Below are positions 29,062 through 38,039 of a DNA stretch of 64,000 nucleotides, piece after piece. The DNA is from a candidate division WOR-3 bacterium. Its GTDB lineage: Bacteria; Hydrothermota; Tepidihabitantia; B3-TA06. Location: contig CBFGKC010000009.1 in assembly GCA_965649265.1 (NCBI GenBank), positions 1 to 64,000 on the forward strand, in the 5' to 3' direction. The translations under genes were made by a program, and so were the position numbers. The notes below the pieces were generated by a model. The model was not told the origin of the DNA, did no database searches, and saw only the letters and a list, made by a program, of their open reading frames with translations. Position 1 is the stretch's first letter; each line of letters begins with the position of its first letter.

Positions 29062-29748
29062 ATGCAAGAACTCACGAACCCGCTTCCGCGCCGCACGCTT
29101 CAGGTTTCCGGAACCGCAGACGTGAAACTTTCACCAGACGTCTGTTACATGACCTTCACGGTCGAGACCGAACACAAGAACGCCGCAAAAGCCTACAAGG
29201 AGATGACCAGGCTCTCGAACCAGATTATCGCGAGGATAAAGGCCCTGGGCATTGACCAGGCCGACATCAAGAGCTTTCACTTCTCGATAATGCCCTATTA
29301 CAAGATGGTCGCGAACACCGCAAGGCAGGTAATCGACGGATACCGCATCTTCTATTACGTGATGGCGACGGTGAGGGATTTGGAGAAGGTCTCGGACGTG
29401 CTGGATACGGCCGTTGAGGCCGGCGCGACAGGCGTTGCGAGCATTAACTTCACCGTGGAGGATGTAAAGAAGCACACGGCGGACGCGCGCGTGCGCGCAC
29501 TTGCGGCTGCAAAGACGAAGGCCGAGAAAACGGCTGATGTCCTGGGCTTCCGGGTTGGAACACCCATCGCTGTCGGGGAGAACGAACCGGGCTCAAGGCC
29601 TTCGTATCCCTACTACGCACAGTCAATGCAGGCAGGCGTGGCCAGGGAGTACGCGGCAGCGCCCCAGGCATCCGGTGTCGCGCTCGAACCGGGCGAACAG
29701 AGCTTTTCGGTGACCGTACACATAACGTATGAGATTGAACCGAGATAG
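29062..29748 (+). CDS. SIMPL (DUF541) domain protein without a signal peptide
   Basis: VSGTADVKLSPD, VLDTAVEAGA and ALAAAKTKAE motifs; C-terminal VHITYEI. Confidence 0.9.
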   Translation: MQELTNPLPRRTLQVSGTADVKLSPDVCYMTFTVETEHKNAAKAYKEMTRLSNQIIARIKALGIDQADIKSFHFSIMPYYKMVANTARQVIDGYRIFYYVMATVRDLEKVSDVLDTAVEAGATGVASINFTVEDVKKHTADARVRALAAAKTKAEKTADVLGFRVGTPIAVGENEPGSRPSYPYYAQSMQAGVAREYAAAPQASGVALEPGEQSFSVTVHITYEIEPR

Positions 29749-29848
29749 AAACCTCGTGGATGCTTGACAATGTAATTCGAGAGTATATCATCTTTTATGG
29801 GCGAATGGCGAGACCGGCTTTGCGTATATTATACTCCTATCCCTAGAT

Positions 29849-29943
29849 TCCCTCACCCTCCCCTCTCCCGATGGGAGAGGGATAAATGCTGCCTCCTCCC
29901 TTCGGGACAAAGAGCCCACCGGTTGAAGGGTTGGGGATGAGGG
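29849..29943 (+). repeat. Palindromic CCCTCACCC/CCCTCTCCC-GGGAGAGGG element, copy 1 (17-bp insertion in the second hairpin)
   Basis: Direct repeat of 30867-30944. Confidence 0.9.
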
Positions 29944-30083
29944 TCCTGTCCTTGAAAAGGATTGCGAGCCTACCTGATACGCAGTGGCGTCAGAGATGCA
30001 ACGTCGGCCAATCGGCAAGGATTGCAGGCTTTGTGTAAGCTATACCTTTATCCATCTTGTTCACCAGTTCAAATTGAAATCTA

Positions 30084-30851
30084 ATGTCTATTAGCGATAA
30101 AACACGCAAGATTTTTTGGGGTCGTGCTGGAAATCGTTGTGCGATTTGCAAAAAAGAATTAGTTGTAGCCGCTACTTCTGATGATAACGAATCAATTATT
30201 GGCGACGAATGTCATATTATTTCCGGCAAGCCAGATGGTCCACGTTATGATCCATCATTCTCACCTAAAAAATCAGATAATCTTGAGAACTTAATTCTTC
30301 TATGTAAAGTTGACCATAAGATGGTAGACGATCAATATGAGACATACACCGTGCATATTCTTCGCCAAATGAAGAACAACCACGAGCTGTGGGTTTCTGA
30401 ACGGTTATCAGATTGGCAATGGCCAAAACAAGTGAGAATAAAAAGACTAAAGCAAAACATACCTGATTATCTTACGCGCCTAACGACAGGCAAAGAAATT
30501 CTGGAGATTTTAGAGCATGCGTGCCAAGTAGAGACAAATCCGTATGACGAATTGAAATCCGAGGAGGAGGCAGATTTGGTTGGTTATTTTTTCGGCTACA
30601 TTCAAGACTGTGACATCCTTGATTATATGGATTTGAACTTACAAGAACGCGTTCATATTGCATTTGAACTTACCAAAATACTTCAACAGCTTGACGATAA
30701 TGGCTTCTGGGTTTTTGGTGCCAGAGAGCTTCGTTTTCTTGAGGCCGACAAAAATGAACCCATGAAATGGCCTATTGCGATTATATGCGTATATCGTAAG
30801 GATAGTATGAGTGAACTTACAATTAGAAAAAATGGAAATCGTCTACAATGA
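30084..30851 (+). CDS. HNH endonuclease with an unknown C-terminal domain
   Basis: AGNRCAIC, ECHII...GPRY and ENLILLCKVDHKMVD motifs; AT-rich relative to its neighbours. Confidence 0.85.
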   Translation: MSISDKTRKIFWGRAGNRCAICKKELVVAATSDDNESIIGDECHIISGKPDGPRYDPSFSPKKSDNLENLILLCKVDHKMVDDQYETYTVHILRQMKNNHELWVSERLSDWQWPKQVRIKRLKQNIPDYLTRLTTGKEILEILEHACQVETNPYDELKSEEEADLVGYFFGYIQDCDILDYMDLNLQERVHIAFELTKILQQLDDNGFWVFGARELRFLEADKNEPMKWPIAIICVYRKDSMSELTIRKNGNRLQ

Positions 30852-30866
30852 GTCATACCTCTAAGG

Positions 30867-30944
30867 TCCCTCACCCTCCCCTCTCCCGAAGGGAGAGGGA
30901 TAAATATTACCTTCTCCCTTCGGGAGAAGGGTTGGGGATGAGGG
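30867..30944 (+). repeat. Palindromic element, copy 2
   Basis: CCCTCTCCC-GAA-GGGAGAGGG and CCTTCTCCC-TTC-GGGAGAAGG hairpins enclosed by CCCTCACCC...GGGGATGAGGG. Confidence 0.9.
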
Positions 30945-30962
30945 AGAAAAGAGGTTTTTGCT

Positions 30963-31385
30963 ATGCGTAAGCGTCCTCTTCCTCCTGAAATTCTTTCCAG
31001 ATGCAGAAAACTTCGAAAATCACAAACGTCCGCAGAATTAAAACTTTGGAGTTGTCTGAAAAACAGGCAAATATTCGGATTGAAATTCCGCAGGCAGCAT
31101 CCGATCGGTAAATTCCTCATTGATTTTTATTGCCACGAAGCCAGAATCGCAATAGAACTCGACGGCGGCGGTCACGCTGAGCCCCCACAAGCTAAACACG
31201 ATAATGAACGTACTAAATTCCTCGAGACAGAGGGAATCAAGGTTTTAAGATTCTGGAATACCGACGTATCAAAAAACCTAGAAGGAGTTGTCAAGGCCAT
31301 TGCCGACGCTGTTCCTTCATCATCACAGGCCTTGGCAGCCAGGATCCCTCACCAGGGAGACTGCGGGAAGGAAAAAACGCACTAG
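30963..31385 (+). CDS. DUF559 (Vsr-like) endonuclease domain protein
   Basis: LRKSQTSAELKLW, KFRRQHPIG, DFYC, IELDGGGH and VLRFWN motifs. Confidence 0.93.
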   Translation: MRKRPLPPEILSRCRKLRKSQTSAELKLWSCLKNRQIFGLKFRRQHPIGKFLIDFYCHEARIAIELDGGGHAEPPQAKHDNERTKFLETEGIKVLRFWNTDVSKNLEGVVKAIADAVPSSSQALAARIPHQGDCGKEKTH

Positions 31386-31451
31386 GCGTGCCGGGAATAA
31401 AAGGCATTTAGAATTGTAATACTCACAAACAGACGATTTTAGGAGGCTACA

Positions 31452-32174
31452 TTGAAGAAGCTTTACATACCGATCCTGGCTTTGTTAATGATACAAGGCT
31501 CGCTGTGGGCAGCTGATGACAGCCAGAAGCCCGAGCGCAGGATGCTCGTGGTCACCGGCACCGCGGACGTAACGGTGGCACCCGACATCTGCTACATCAG
31601 CTTTGCAGTCGAGACCAACAACCGCAAGGCAGGCGACGCCTACAAGGACAATGTGGAACTCATGAACCGCATCAACGCGGCAATCAAGGCGCAGGGCGTT
31701 GAGTCAAAGGACATGCAGACGACGAACTTCTCTATTGCGCCTAACTACCAGTACACGGAAAAGGGCAAGCGCATCTTTCTTGGCTACAGGGTCTACAATA
31801 CTCTTTATATTGGAGTACGCAATCTTTCGAAGGTGCCTGATGTCCTCGACGCGGCCATAGAGGCCGGCGCACTCGACGTCGGCGGTATAACCTTCACGGT
31901 CGAGGATTCCAAGAAATACACCGAGGAGGTACGCAAAGAGGCCCTTCGCAACGCTCGCAAAAAGGCCGAGGAGTCCGCGCAGATACTCGGATTCAAGCTG
32001 GGTACACCGATCACCGTGACTGAGGCTCAACCTTATGACAATTATGTTGGCTACTCCAAGGCAGCAGGGATGCTTGACGGCGCAATGGCCGAGGAGGCCC
32101 CGGCACCTGCAATAGAGGCCGGTCAACTGAAATTATCCAGGACAGTCTACGTGACATACGAAATTTTGCCTTAA
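31452..32174 (+). CDS. SIMPL (DUF541) domain protein, secreted
   Basis: Signal peptide, VTGTADVTVAPD motif, AGGAGG SD with TTG start. Confidence 0.92.
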   Translation: MKKLYIPILALLMIQGSLWAADDSQKPERRMLVVTGTADVTVAPDICYISFAVETNNRKAGDAYKDNVELMNRINAAIKAQGVESKDMQTTNFSIAPNYQYTEKGKRIFLGYRVYNTLYIGVRNLSKVPDVLDAAIEAGALDVGGITFTVEDSKKYTEEVRKEALRNARKKAEESAQILGFKLGTPITVTEAQPYDNYVGYSKAAGMLDGAMAEEAPAPAIEAGQLKLSRTVYVTYEILP

Positions 32175-32202
32175 AAAATTAACTTCTACCCTCCAGAGCG
32201 AC

Positions 32203-32250
32203 GGCGGGTGCGGCGAGCAAAGTTCTCCGTGTCCCGCCAGTCCTTTTTTT
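32203..32250 (+). terminator. Probable intrinsic terminator
   Basis: GGCGGG...CCCGCC imperfect long stem followed shortly by T7. Confidence 0.55.
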
Positions 32251-32545
32251 GTGTCCAAAACCACCCGACTTTACGTGCGAAAAAGAGAAGCAACCAGTAA
32301 AGCAAAGGCACGAGCAGAACGAACGCTAAGAATGCTAAATCTCGCAACTTAATAATCCCAATGCATGAATTATCGTCCGATTCCTGACGCGTGCAATTGA
32401 AACCTGGGTGCAATTAAAACAAAGAGAACGCAAAAGAAAGACTTATATCAACTCTGATTGAACTTTGTTTTTAAATATTGACAAAATTTGCTTTTTATTT
32501 AAACTATGGATCTTAAACCGTTTCTTAACTATCTAGGAGGAAATA

Positions 32546-32926
32546 ATGAACAAAAAAAATCTCATCTTAGTCGCTCTCTGTGTGCTCATTCTTGGCAGCA
32601 CCACGGCACTAACGGCCTCGGACTGGGCAGGCACCTTCTGGGGTGATGCAACAGGAACATGGTCTGGAACACTCTTTGAAGACACTGACCCGCCTTACTT
32701 CCGTGGAATCTGGGACGACGGCAACCAGCGTGGAGCGATGTACGGCGATGCCGAAGAAGTTCAAAACGGTGTTTTTGAAGTACACATCGGATACGCAGAA
32801 AACAACTTGGGAACCCTCATCGGTTACTGGAACGGAACATTTAACACCAACACCGACACCGCTTCAGGTGACTGGGCAAAAGTAGACATGAGCGCCATCG
32901 GCAGATGGGCCGGAACTATACAATAG
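32546..32926 (+). CDS. Small secreted Gly/Trp-rich beta protein of unknown function
   Basis: Own promoter (TTGACA 32478-16-TAAACT), AGGAGG SD, signal peptide, repeated GxW/WxG strands and own terminator. Confidence 0.8.
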   Translation: MNKKNLILVALCVLILGSTTALTASDWAGTFWGDATGTWSGTLFEDTDPPYFRGIWDDGNQRGAMYGDAEEVQNGVFEVHIGYAENNLGTLIGYWNGTFNTNTDTASGDWAKVDMSAIGRWAGTIQ

Positions 32927-32944
32927 AACATTTCACCTTTAAAT

Positions 32945-32972
32945 AAAAGAGGCGGTGCTTCCGCCTCTTTTT
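32945..32972 (+). terminator. Intrinsic terminator
   Basis: AAAAGAGGCGG-TGCTT-CCGCCTCTTTTT. Confidence 0.8.
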
Positions 32973-33093
32973 CTTTATCAAGCCAAATCCCTCAAAAAAC
33001 AAAGGATAAAGCAATAGAAGTGTTGACTTTAACGTCTAATCAAGTAAACTTCATGTTCAAATAGTTAATGGAAATGATCCTTAAGGAGGATTA

Positions 33094-33282
33094 ATGTCAA
33101 GAGTTTGCGAAGTATGCGGCAAAGGTGCCCTGAGGGGAAATCAGATATCACACTCTCATAAACTTTCAAGCCGCCGTTTTGAAGTAAACCTGCAGAGCGT
33201 AAAAGTTCGCAAAGGTTCAAAAGTCGAAACCATACTGGTCTGCGCCAAATGCCTCAAAGCAGGCAAGGTTGAACGCGTCTAA
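33094..33282 (+). CDS. rpmB: 50S ribosomal protein L28 (Zn-ribbon form)
   Basis: MSRVCEVCGK, GNQISHSH, RRFEVNLQ and VCAKCLK motifs. Confidence 0.97.
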   Translation: MSRVCEVCGKGALRGNQISHSHKLSSRRFEVNLQSVKVRKGSKVETILVCAKCLKAGKVERV

Positions 33283-33340
33283 GAGGGAACAACATGGGAG
33301 GAGAAATCGCCCGTAAACCCGGACTCGTAAGGAGGCCAAG

Positions 33341-34057
33341 ATGAAGAAGTTTTTTGCTTTAGCCCTTGGGATAGGTTTTTGCGTAACATCCCTTGCGGCT
33401 GCGGACGAGAATAAACCCACACGTACCATTGTCGTCACCGGTACGGCTGAGATAAGCGTCGCTCCTGACATATGCTATATGAGCTTTACCGTTGAAACAA
33501 AGGATAAGAGCGCCATCAAGGCTTACAACGAGAACAACGAGATTATGAACAAGGTTAACGCCGCCGTAAAAGCTCTCGGAATAGAAGCCAAGGATTTGAA
33601 CACGAGCGAGTTCTCAATAATACCCCAGTACTATTACGATGAGAAATCGAGCAAGAATTTGTTCGACGGTTATCTAGTCCACAATACATTGAACGTCAAA
33701 GTGCGCGAGTTGTCAAAAGTCGGCAAGATTCTTGATGCCGCCGTTAACTCGGGAGCGACGATGGTCCAGGGCGTCTCATTTACGGTCGAAAACCCCAAGA
33801 AATACAACGTCGAACTCCGCGAGCAGGCCATAAAGGCCGCCTATGCGAAAGCCTCACAGATGGCCACTCTTACAGGCTTAAAACTGGCTAAGCCCATTTC
33901 GATCTCCGAAGCCGAGCCTAATAATTACTACCAGTACTACGCCCAGGCTAACGTCATGTCCTCAATGTACCGTGACGGTGGCGAAAGTTCACCTTCGATA
34001 GAGGCGGGCGAATTCAAAGTAACCCATACCGTGTACATCACGTACGAAGTCGAGTAA
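33341..34057 (+). CDS. SIMPL (DUF541) domain protein, secreted
   Basis: Signal peptide; VTGTAEISVAPD and ILDAAVNSGA motifs. Confidence 0.92.
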   Translation: MKKFFALALGIGFCVTSLAAADENKPTRTIVVTGTAEISVAPDICYMSFTVETKDKSAIKAYNENNEIMNKVNAAVKALGIEAKDLNTSEFSIIPQYYYDEKSSKNLFDGYLVHNTLNVKVRELSKVGKILDAAVNSGATMVQGVSFTVENPKKYNVELREQAIKAAYAKASQMATLTGLKLAKPISISEAEPNNYYQYYAQANVMSSMYRDGGESSPSIEAGEFKVTHTVYITYEVE

Positions 34058-35010
34058 TGCCGAAGGTACTGATAACCGGTATAACTGGCTTTGCCGGAAG
34101 CCACCTTGCAGAGTATTTGTCCGGAAAGGGTCTTGACGTTTGGGGAATCCTCAGGTGGAGGTCGCGCACCGAAAACATTGACGGGTTCAAGGAAAAGCTT
34201 CATCTGATCGAAGGTGACATTCGTGATTCCTCCTCGATGACCTCTGTGATTGAGGACGTAAAACCTGACTGGATATTCCACCTTGCCGCGCAGAGCTATG
34301 TCCCTATGTCGTGGAAAGCGGCTGAGGAGACTCTTTCCACGAACATCATGGGCGAACTGAATATTTTTGAAGCGGTGAGACGGGCAGGCATTGATCCAGT
34401 GATTCAGATTGCAGGTTCCAGCGAAGAGTACGGACTCGTTCTCCCGGAAGAACTGCCAATCAAGGAAACGAATCCCCTGCGCCCCCTCTCCCCCTACGGC
34501 GTCTCAAAGGTGACGCAGGACATGCTCGCCTACCAGTACTTCAAAAGCTACGGTTTGAAGACGGTCAGAACAAGGGCCTTCAATCATACGGGACCAAGAA
34601 GGGGTGAGGTCTTTGTCACTTCGAATTTCGCAAGCCAGATTGCGAGAATCGAAAAAGGCCAGAGGGAACCTGTGATAAAAACCGGAAACCTCGAAGCGGT
34701 TCGGGATTTCACCGACGTGAGAGACGTGGTCAAGGCCTACACTCTATCACTAGAGAAGGGAGAGCCCGGTGAAGTCTACAACATATGTTCAAACAAGGGC
34801 ATAAAGGTCCACGAGATGCTCGACATCCTCCTTTCTTTTTCTACCGTCAAGATTAAAGTAGAGCAAGACCCTTCCCGCATGAGACCTTCGGACGTGGAGC
34901 TTCTCCTGGGTGACGCATCAAAATTCTCAAAACAAACCGGGTGGAAGCCAGAAATACCGCTCGAGCAAACCCTAAAAGACCTGCTCGAATACTGGCGCGC
35001 AAGGGTGTAG
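34057..35010 (+). CDS. GDP-mannose 4,6-dehydratase / RMD-like SDR
   Basis: GITGFAG, HLAAQSYV, SSEEYG, YGVSK and RAFNHTGPR motifs. Confidence 0.9.
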   Translation: MPKVLITGITGFAGSHLAEYLSGKGLDVWGILRWRSRTENIDGFKEKLHLIEGDIRDSSSMTSVIEDVKPDWIFHLAAQSYVPMSWKAAEETLSTNIMGELNIFEAVRRAGIDPVIQIAGSSEEYGLVLPEELPIKETNPLRPLSPYGVSKVTQDMLAYQYFKSYGLKTVRTRAFNHTGPRRGEVFVTSNFASQIARIEKGQREPVIKTGNLEAVRDFTDVRDVVKAYTLSLEKGEPGEVYNICSNKGIKVHEMLDILLSFSTVKIKVEQDPSRMRPSDVELLLGDASKFSKQTGWKPEIPLEQTLKDLLEYWRARV

Positions 35011-35033
35011 CAGATAAGGGCCCGTAACACATT

Positions 35034-35978
35034 GTGAGCATCATCCTCATAACCGGCGCATCCGGGTTTGTGGGAAAGCTCCTTGGTGAAGAAGAATCGG
35101 AGAGAGGGAATACCGTATTCGGCCTGCATCTTCCAGAGGAGACACCTGAATTGCCTTTCGAATCCCGCGGAATCGATTTACGTGACGGCGAAGGTATCAG
35201 AAATTTTGTTCAAGAGAAAAAACCCGAAAGAATTTATCATCTCGCCGCGCTTTCATCCGTAAGAGCATGCGAGGAACACCCGGTGGATTGTTTCGATTCA
35301 AACGTTACCGGCATCCTGAATCTTCTGGATTCCTTATCCGAATTACCGGTTAAACCGAGAGTACTCTTCACGTCCTCGTGCGAGGTTTACGGCAGTGTTC
35401 CTCCCTCCAGTCAACCTGTGGATGAAAACTACCCCCCCTCCCCCATCAACGTGTACGGGTTAAGCAAAGTTTTTGGAGAAAATATCTTCCATTTTTACTC
35501 AAAAAGGAACTCCTTACCCACCGTGATCAGCAGAGGCTTCAACCATACGGGGCCGGGTCAGGCGCAACACTTTGTATTCCCGCACGTGGCGAGAACCCTT
35601 GCACGCATTCAACTGGGAAAAGAGGAACCCGTGTTGAGTATGGGTAACCTTTCGGTAAGACGCGATTTCCTGGACGCAAGGGATGTGGTAAAAGCATACA
35701 TGACAATTATGGATAAATCCGAAGCCTGGAAGACCTACAATGTTACTTCGGCAAGATGCATATCGATCGGGGAAGGCGTCAACATGCTTGTTGAAATTTC
35801 AGGAATAAAGGTTAGAATAGTAACTGACGAGTCAAGGATGCGCTCTTACGATATACCGGAGCTTTCCGGCTCATCGGCTCTCCTTGAGAGTGAATTAGGC
35901 TGGCATGCCGAAAAAACGCTTGAAGAAACCTTCAAGGATATGCTCCTTTATTGGAGAAAAAAGGAAGGCGCATTATGA
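35034..35978 (+). CDS. GDP-sugar reductase/dehydratase (RMD-like SDR)
   Basis: GASGFVG, HLAALSSV, YGLSK and FNHTGPGQ motifs. Confidence 0.88.
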   Translation: MSIILITGASGFVGKLLGEEESERGNTVFGLHLPEETPELPFESRGIDLRDGEGIRNFVQEKKPERIYHLAALSSVRACEEHPVDCFDSNVTGILNLLDSLSELPVKPRVLFTSSCEVYGSVPPSSQPVDENYPPSPINVYGLSKVFGENIFHFYSKRNSLPTVISRGFNHTGPGQAQHFVFPHVARTLARIQLGKEEPVLSMGNLSVRRDFLDARDVVKAYMTIMDKSEAWKTYNVTSARCISIGEGVNMLVEISGIKVRIVTDESRMRSYDIPELSGSSALLESELGWHAEKTLEETFKDMLLYWRKKEGAL

Positions 35979-36922
35979 AGCTTTATGCTTTCGGAGTAAG
36001 GGGTAGCTTGCCGTCCCCCTCGACAAAGGATTTCAAGACCTCTGATTACGGCGGCAATACAACCTGCTACTATTTAGAGGTCGGTCCGTTCAGAATCATA
36101 TTCGACATGGGGTCAGGCGCAAGAGTCCTCGGCAACCATCTTGTCTCCCATGGAGTAATTGGAAAACCTTTCATTTTTCTCCTAACCCATTACCACTCCG
36201 ATCACACGCAGGGCATAGGATTTTTTGTACCTCTCTACATAAAATCGAACACATTTCACATCCACGGCTTCACGCCCGACGAACGAAGGGGCGCCGATCC
36301 ACTGCGCAACATAGTTCTCCAGTGTCTCGAGGAGCAGCAGTCAAGCCCCTACTTCCCGGTCCCTCACGTATCACTTCCCGCAACCAAGCACTATCACGCA
36401 CATGACAAGATGTTTTCAGAGGTTTTTTATTACGTTCATGAGAATGAATCCTACCGTTTTTTATCTGAAGGAGAATTCAAGGCCGCCTCGTTTGATTCGA
36501 AAGATACTGTCAAGATAACGACGATTCCTTTAAATCATCCCAATGGCTGCATAGGTTATAAAATAGATTACGAAGGAAAATCGACGGCCTTCTGTACGGA
36601 CACGGAACCATTTGCCTATGCGAACCAGAAGATAAACACCCTCGCCAAAGCCGTTGACATACTCATTCTGGACGGCCAATATGCAAAGGAACAACTCGCC
36701 GGGCCAACACAAGACTTCGGACACGGGACGCCCGAACTCTGCATAGAACAGGCCGCTACTACCGAAGCAAAGCTGCTTGTGATAACGCATTTTGATCCGG
36801 GGCAGGACGACGAAAAGCTATCCGCGATGGAAAAAGGCGCGAAGGATTATTTGAAATCCAGAAAATTCAAAAATCCCACAAGTGTCGAGTATGCCAGGGA
36901 AGGTCGTTGCTGGGAGCTCTAG
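35975..36922 (+). CDS. MBL-fold metallo-hydrolase (RNase Z / phosphodiesterase-like)
   Basis: GVRGSLP, YGGNTTC, THYHSDH, LNHP, TDTE and ITHFDP motifs; ATGA overlap at 35975. Confidence 0.88.
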   Translation: MKLYAFGVRGSLPSPSTKDFKTSDYGGNTTCYYLEVGPFRIIFDMGSGARVLGNHLVSHGVIGKPFIFLLTHYHSDHTQGIGFFVPLYIKSNTFHIHGFTPDERRGADPLRNIVLQCLEEQQSSPYFPVPHVSLPATKHYHAHDKMFSEVFYYVHENESYRFLSEGEFKAASFDSKDTVKITTIPLNHPNGCIGYKIDYEGKSTAFCTDTEPFAYANQKINTLAKAVDILILDGQYAKEQLAGPTQDFGHGTPELCIEQAATTEAKLLVITHFDPGQDDEKLSAMEKGAKDYLKSRKFKNPTSVEYAREGRCWEL

Positions 36923-36923
36923 T

Positions 36924-38039
36924 TTGAAAATTCTCGCCGTCAACTGGCAGGACTGGAAGGCTCCGCAGAAAGGTGGGGCGGAGTTCTATCTCAAAGAAAT
37001 CCTTGTACGGCTGGTAGGATACGGGCACAAGGTAACATTGCTTTGCTGTTCCTATCCAGGCGCAAAACACAGGGAAATAGTGGACGGGATCGAAGTGATA
37101 AGAACGGGTTCCCGCAACACGTTCAATTTTCACCTCTACGGCAGCCCCATAAGGAATTTCCTGAGATCTAATGATTTCGACGTAGTGCTCGATGACCTCA
37201 ACAAGATACCCTTCTACACCACTTTATGGGCAGGTTCGACGCCTGTGGTCGGTGTTGTAATGCACGTGTTCCGGCGCGAGATATTCAAGGAAACAAACTT
37301 CCTTGCAGGTAATTACGTCTACCGGTCGGAAAAGCTGATACCCCGGATTTACAGAAAAGGACTCTTCGGATGTCTTGGTGAATCGGGAAGGAAGGAATTA
37401 TCACAGATGGGTATGAACCCTGACCGGATACTCCCCCTGCTGGTCGGCGTCAATTCTACATTCAAACCGGGGATTGAGAAACGGGAAAGGCTCGTCGTTT
37501 CAGTGGGCCGACTGATGCGGTACAAATGTGTCGATCACATAATCTATGCAATTGCTTTATTGAGACAGCGGGGTATTGAGGCAAAATGCGAGATAGCCGG
37601 TGAAGGTCCCGATTACCCGCGACTCGATAAGCTGATCGAGACACTGGGGCTGAGGGAAAACGTAAAACTTCTGGGGTGGGTCTCACTTCCCGACGTAGCA
37701 AGGCTTTATCAACGCGCCAGCCTCGCCGTTCAGCCTTCAGCCAAGGAAGGCTGGGGATTCCTTGCGACCGATGCCGGGGCATGCGGGACGCCTGTAGTGG
37801 CGGCTCGAGTACCTGGTCTCGCGGATTCAGTAATAGACGGAAAGACAGGCTTTCTTTACAGACACGGAGATATTAAGGAGATGGCAGACTTTATGGGAAA
37901 ACTGCTCCAGGACGGAAACCTGAACAAGAAAATGGGAGAAGAAAACCGGCGATGGGCTTCAACACTCACTTGGGAAAAGGTAGCCAGGAGAGTGGAAGAC
38001 TTACTTCTCCAGGCTGTGAGAAAGGAAATTAATAAGTGA
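36924..38039 (+). CDS. Glycosyltransferase family 4
   Basis: GGAE, VGRL..YK, EGWG and GTPVVA motifs; likely TTG start at 36924. Confidence 0.92.
   Translation: MKILAVNWQDWKAPQKGGAEFYLKEILVRLVGYGHKVTLLCCSYPGAKHREIVDGIEVIRTGSRNTFNFHLYGSPIRNFLRSNDFDVVLDDLNKIPFYTTLWAGSTPVVGVVMHVFRREIFKETNFLAGNYVYRSEKLIPRIYRKGLFGCLGESGRKELSQMGMNPDRILPLLVGVNSTFKPGIEKRERLVVSVGRLMRYKCVDHIIYAIALLRQRGIEAKCEIAGEGPDYPRLDKLIETLGLRENVKLLGWVSLPDVARLYQRASLAVQPSAKEGWGFLATDAGACGTPVVAARVPGLADSVIDGKTGFLYRHGDIKEMADFMGKLLQDGNLNKKMGEENRRWASTLTWEKVARRVEDLLLQAVRKEINK

Noticed and set aside
32186-32413. 75-aa hydrophobic minus-strand ORF
   Set aside because: It has no clear SD or promoter and overlaps a terminator; it may be a relic, but I cannot support it.
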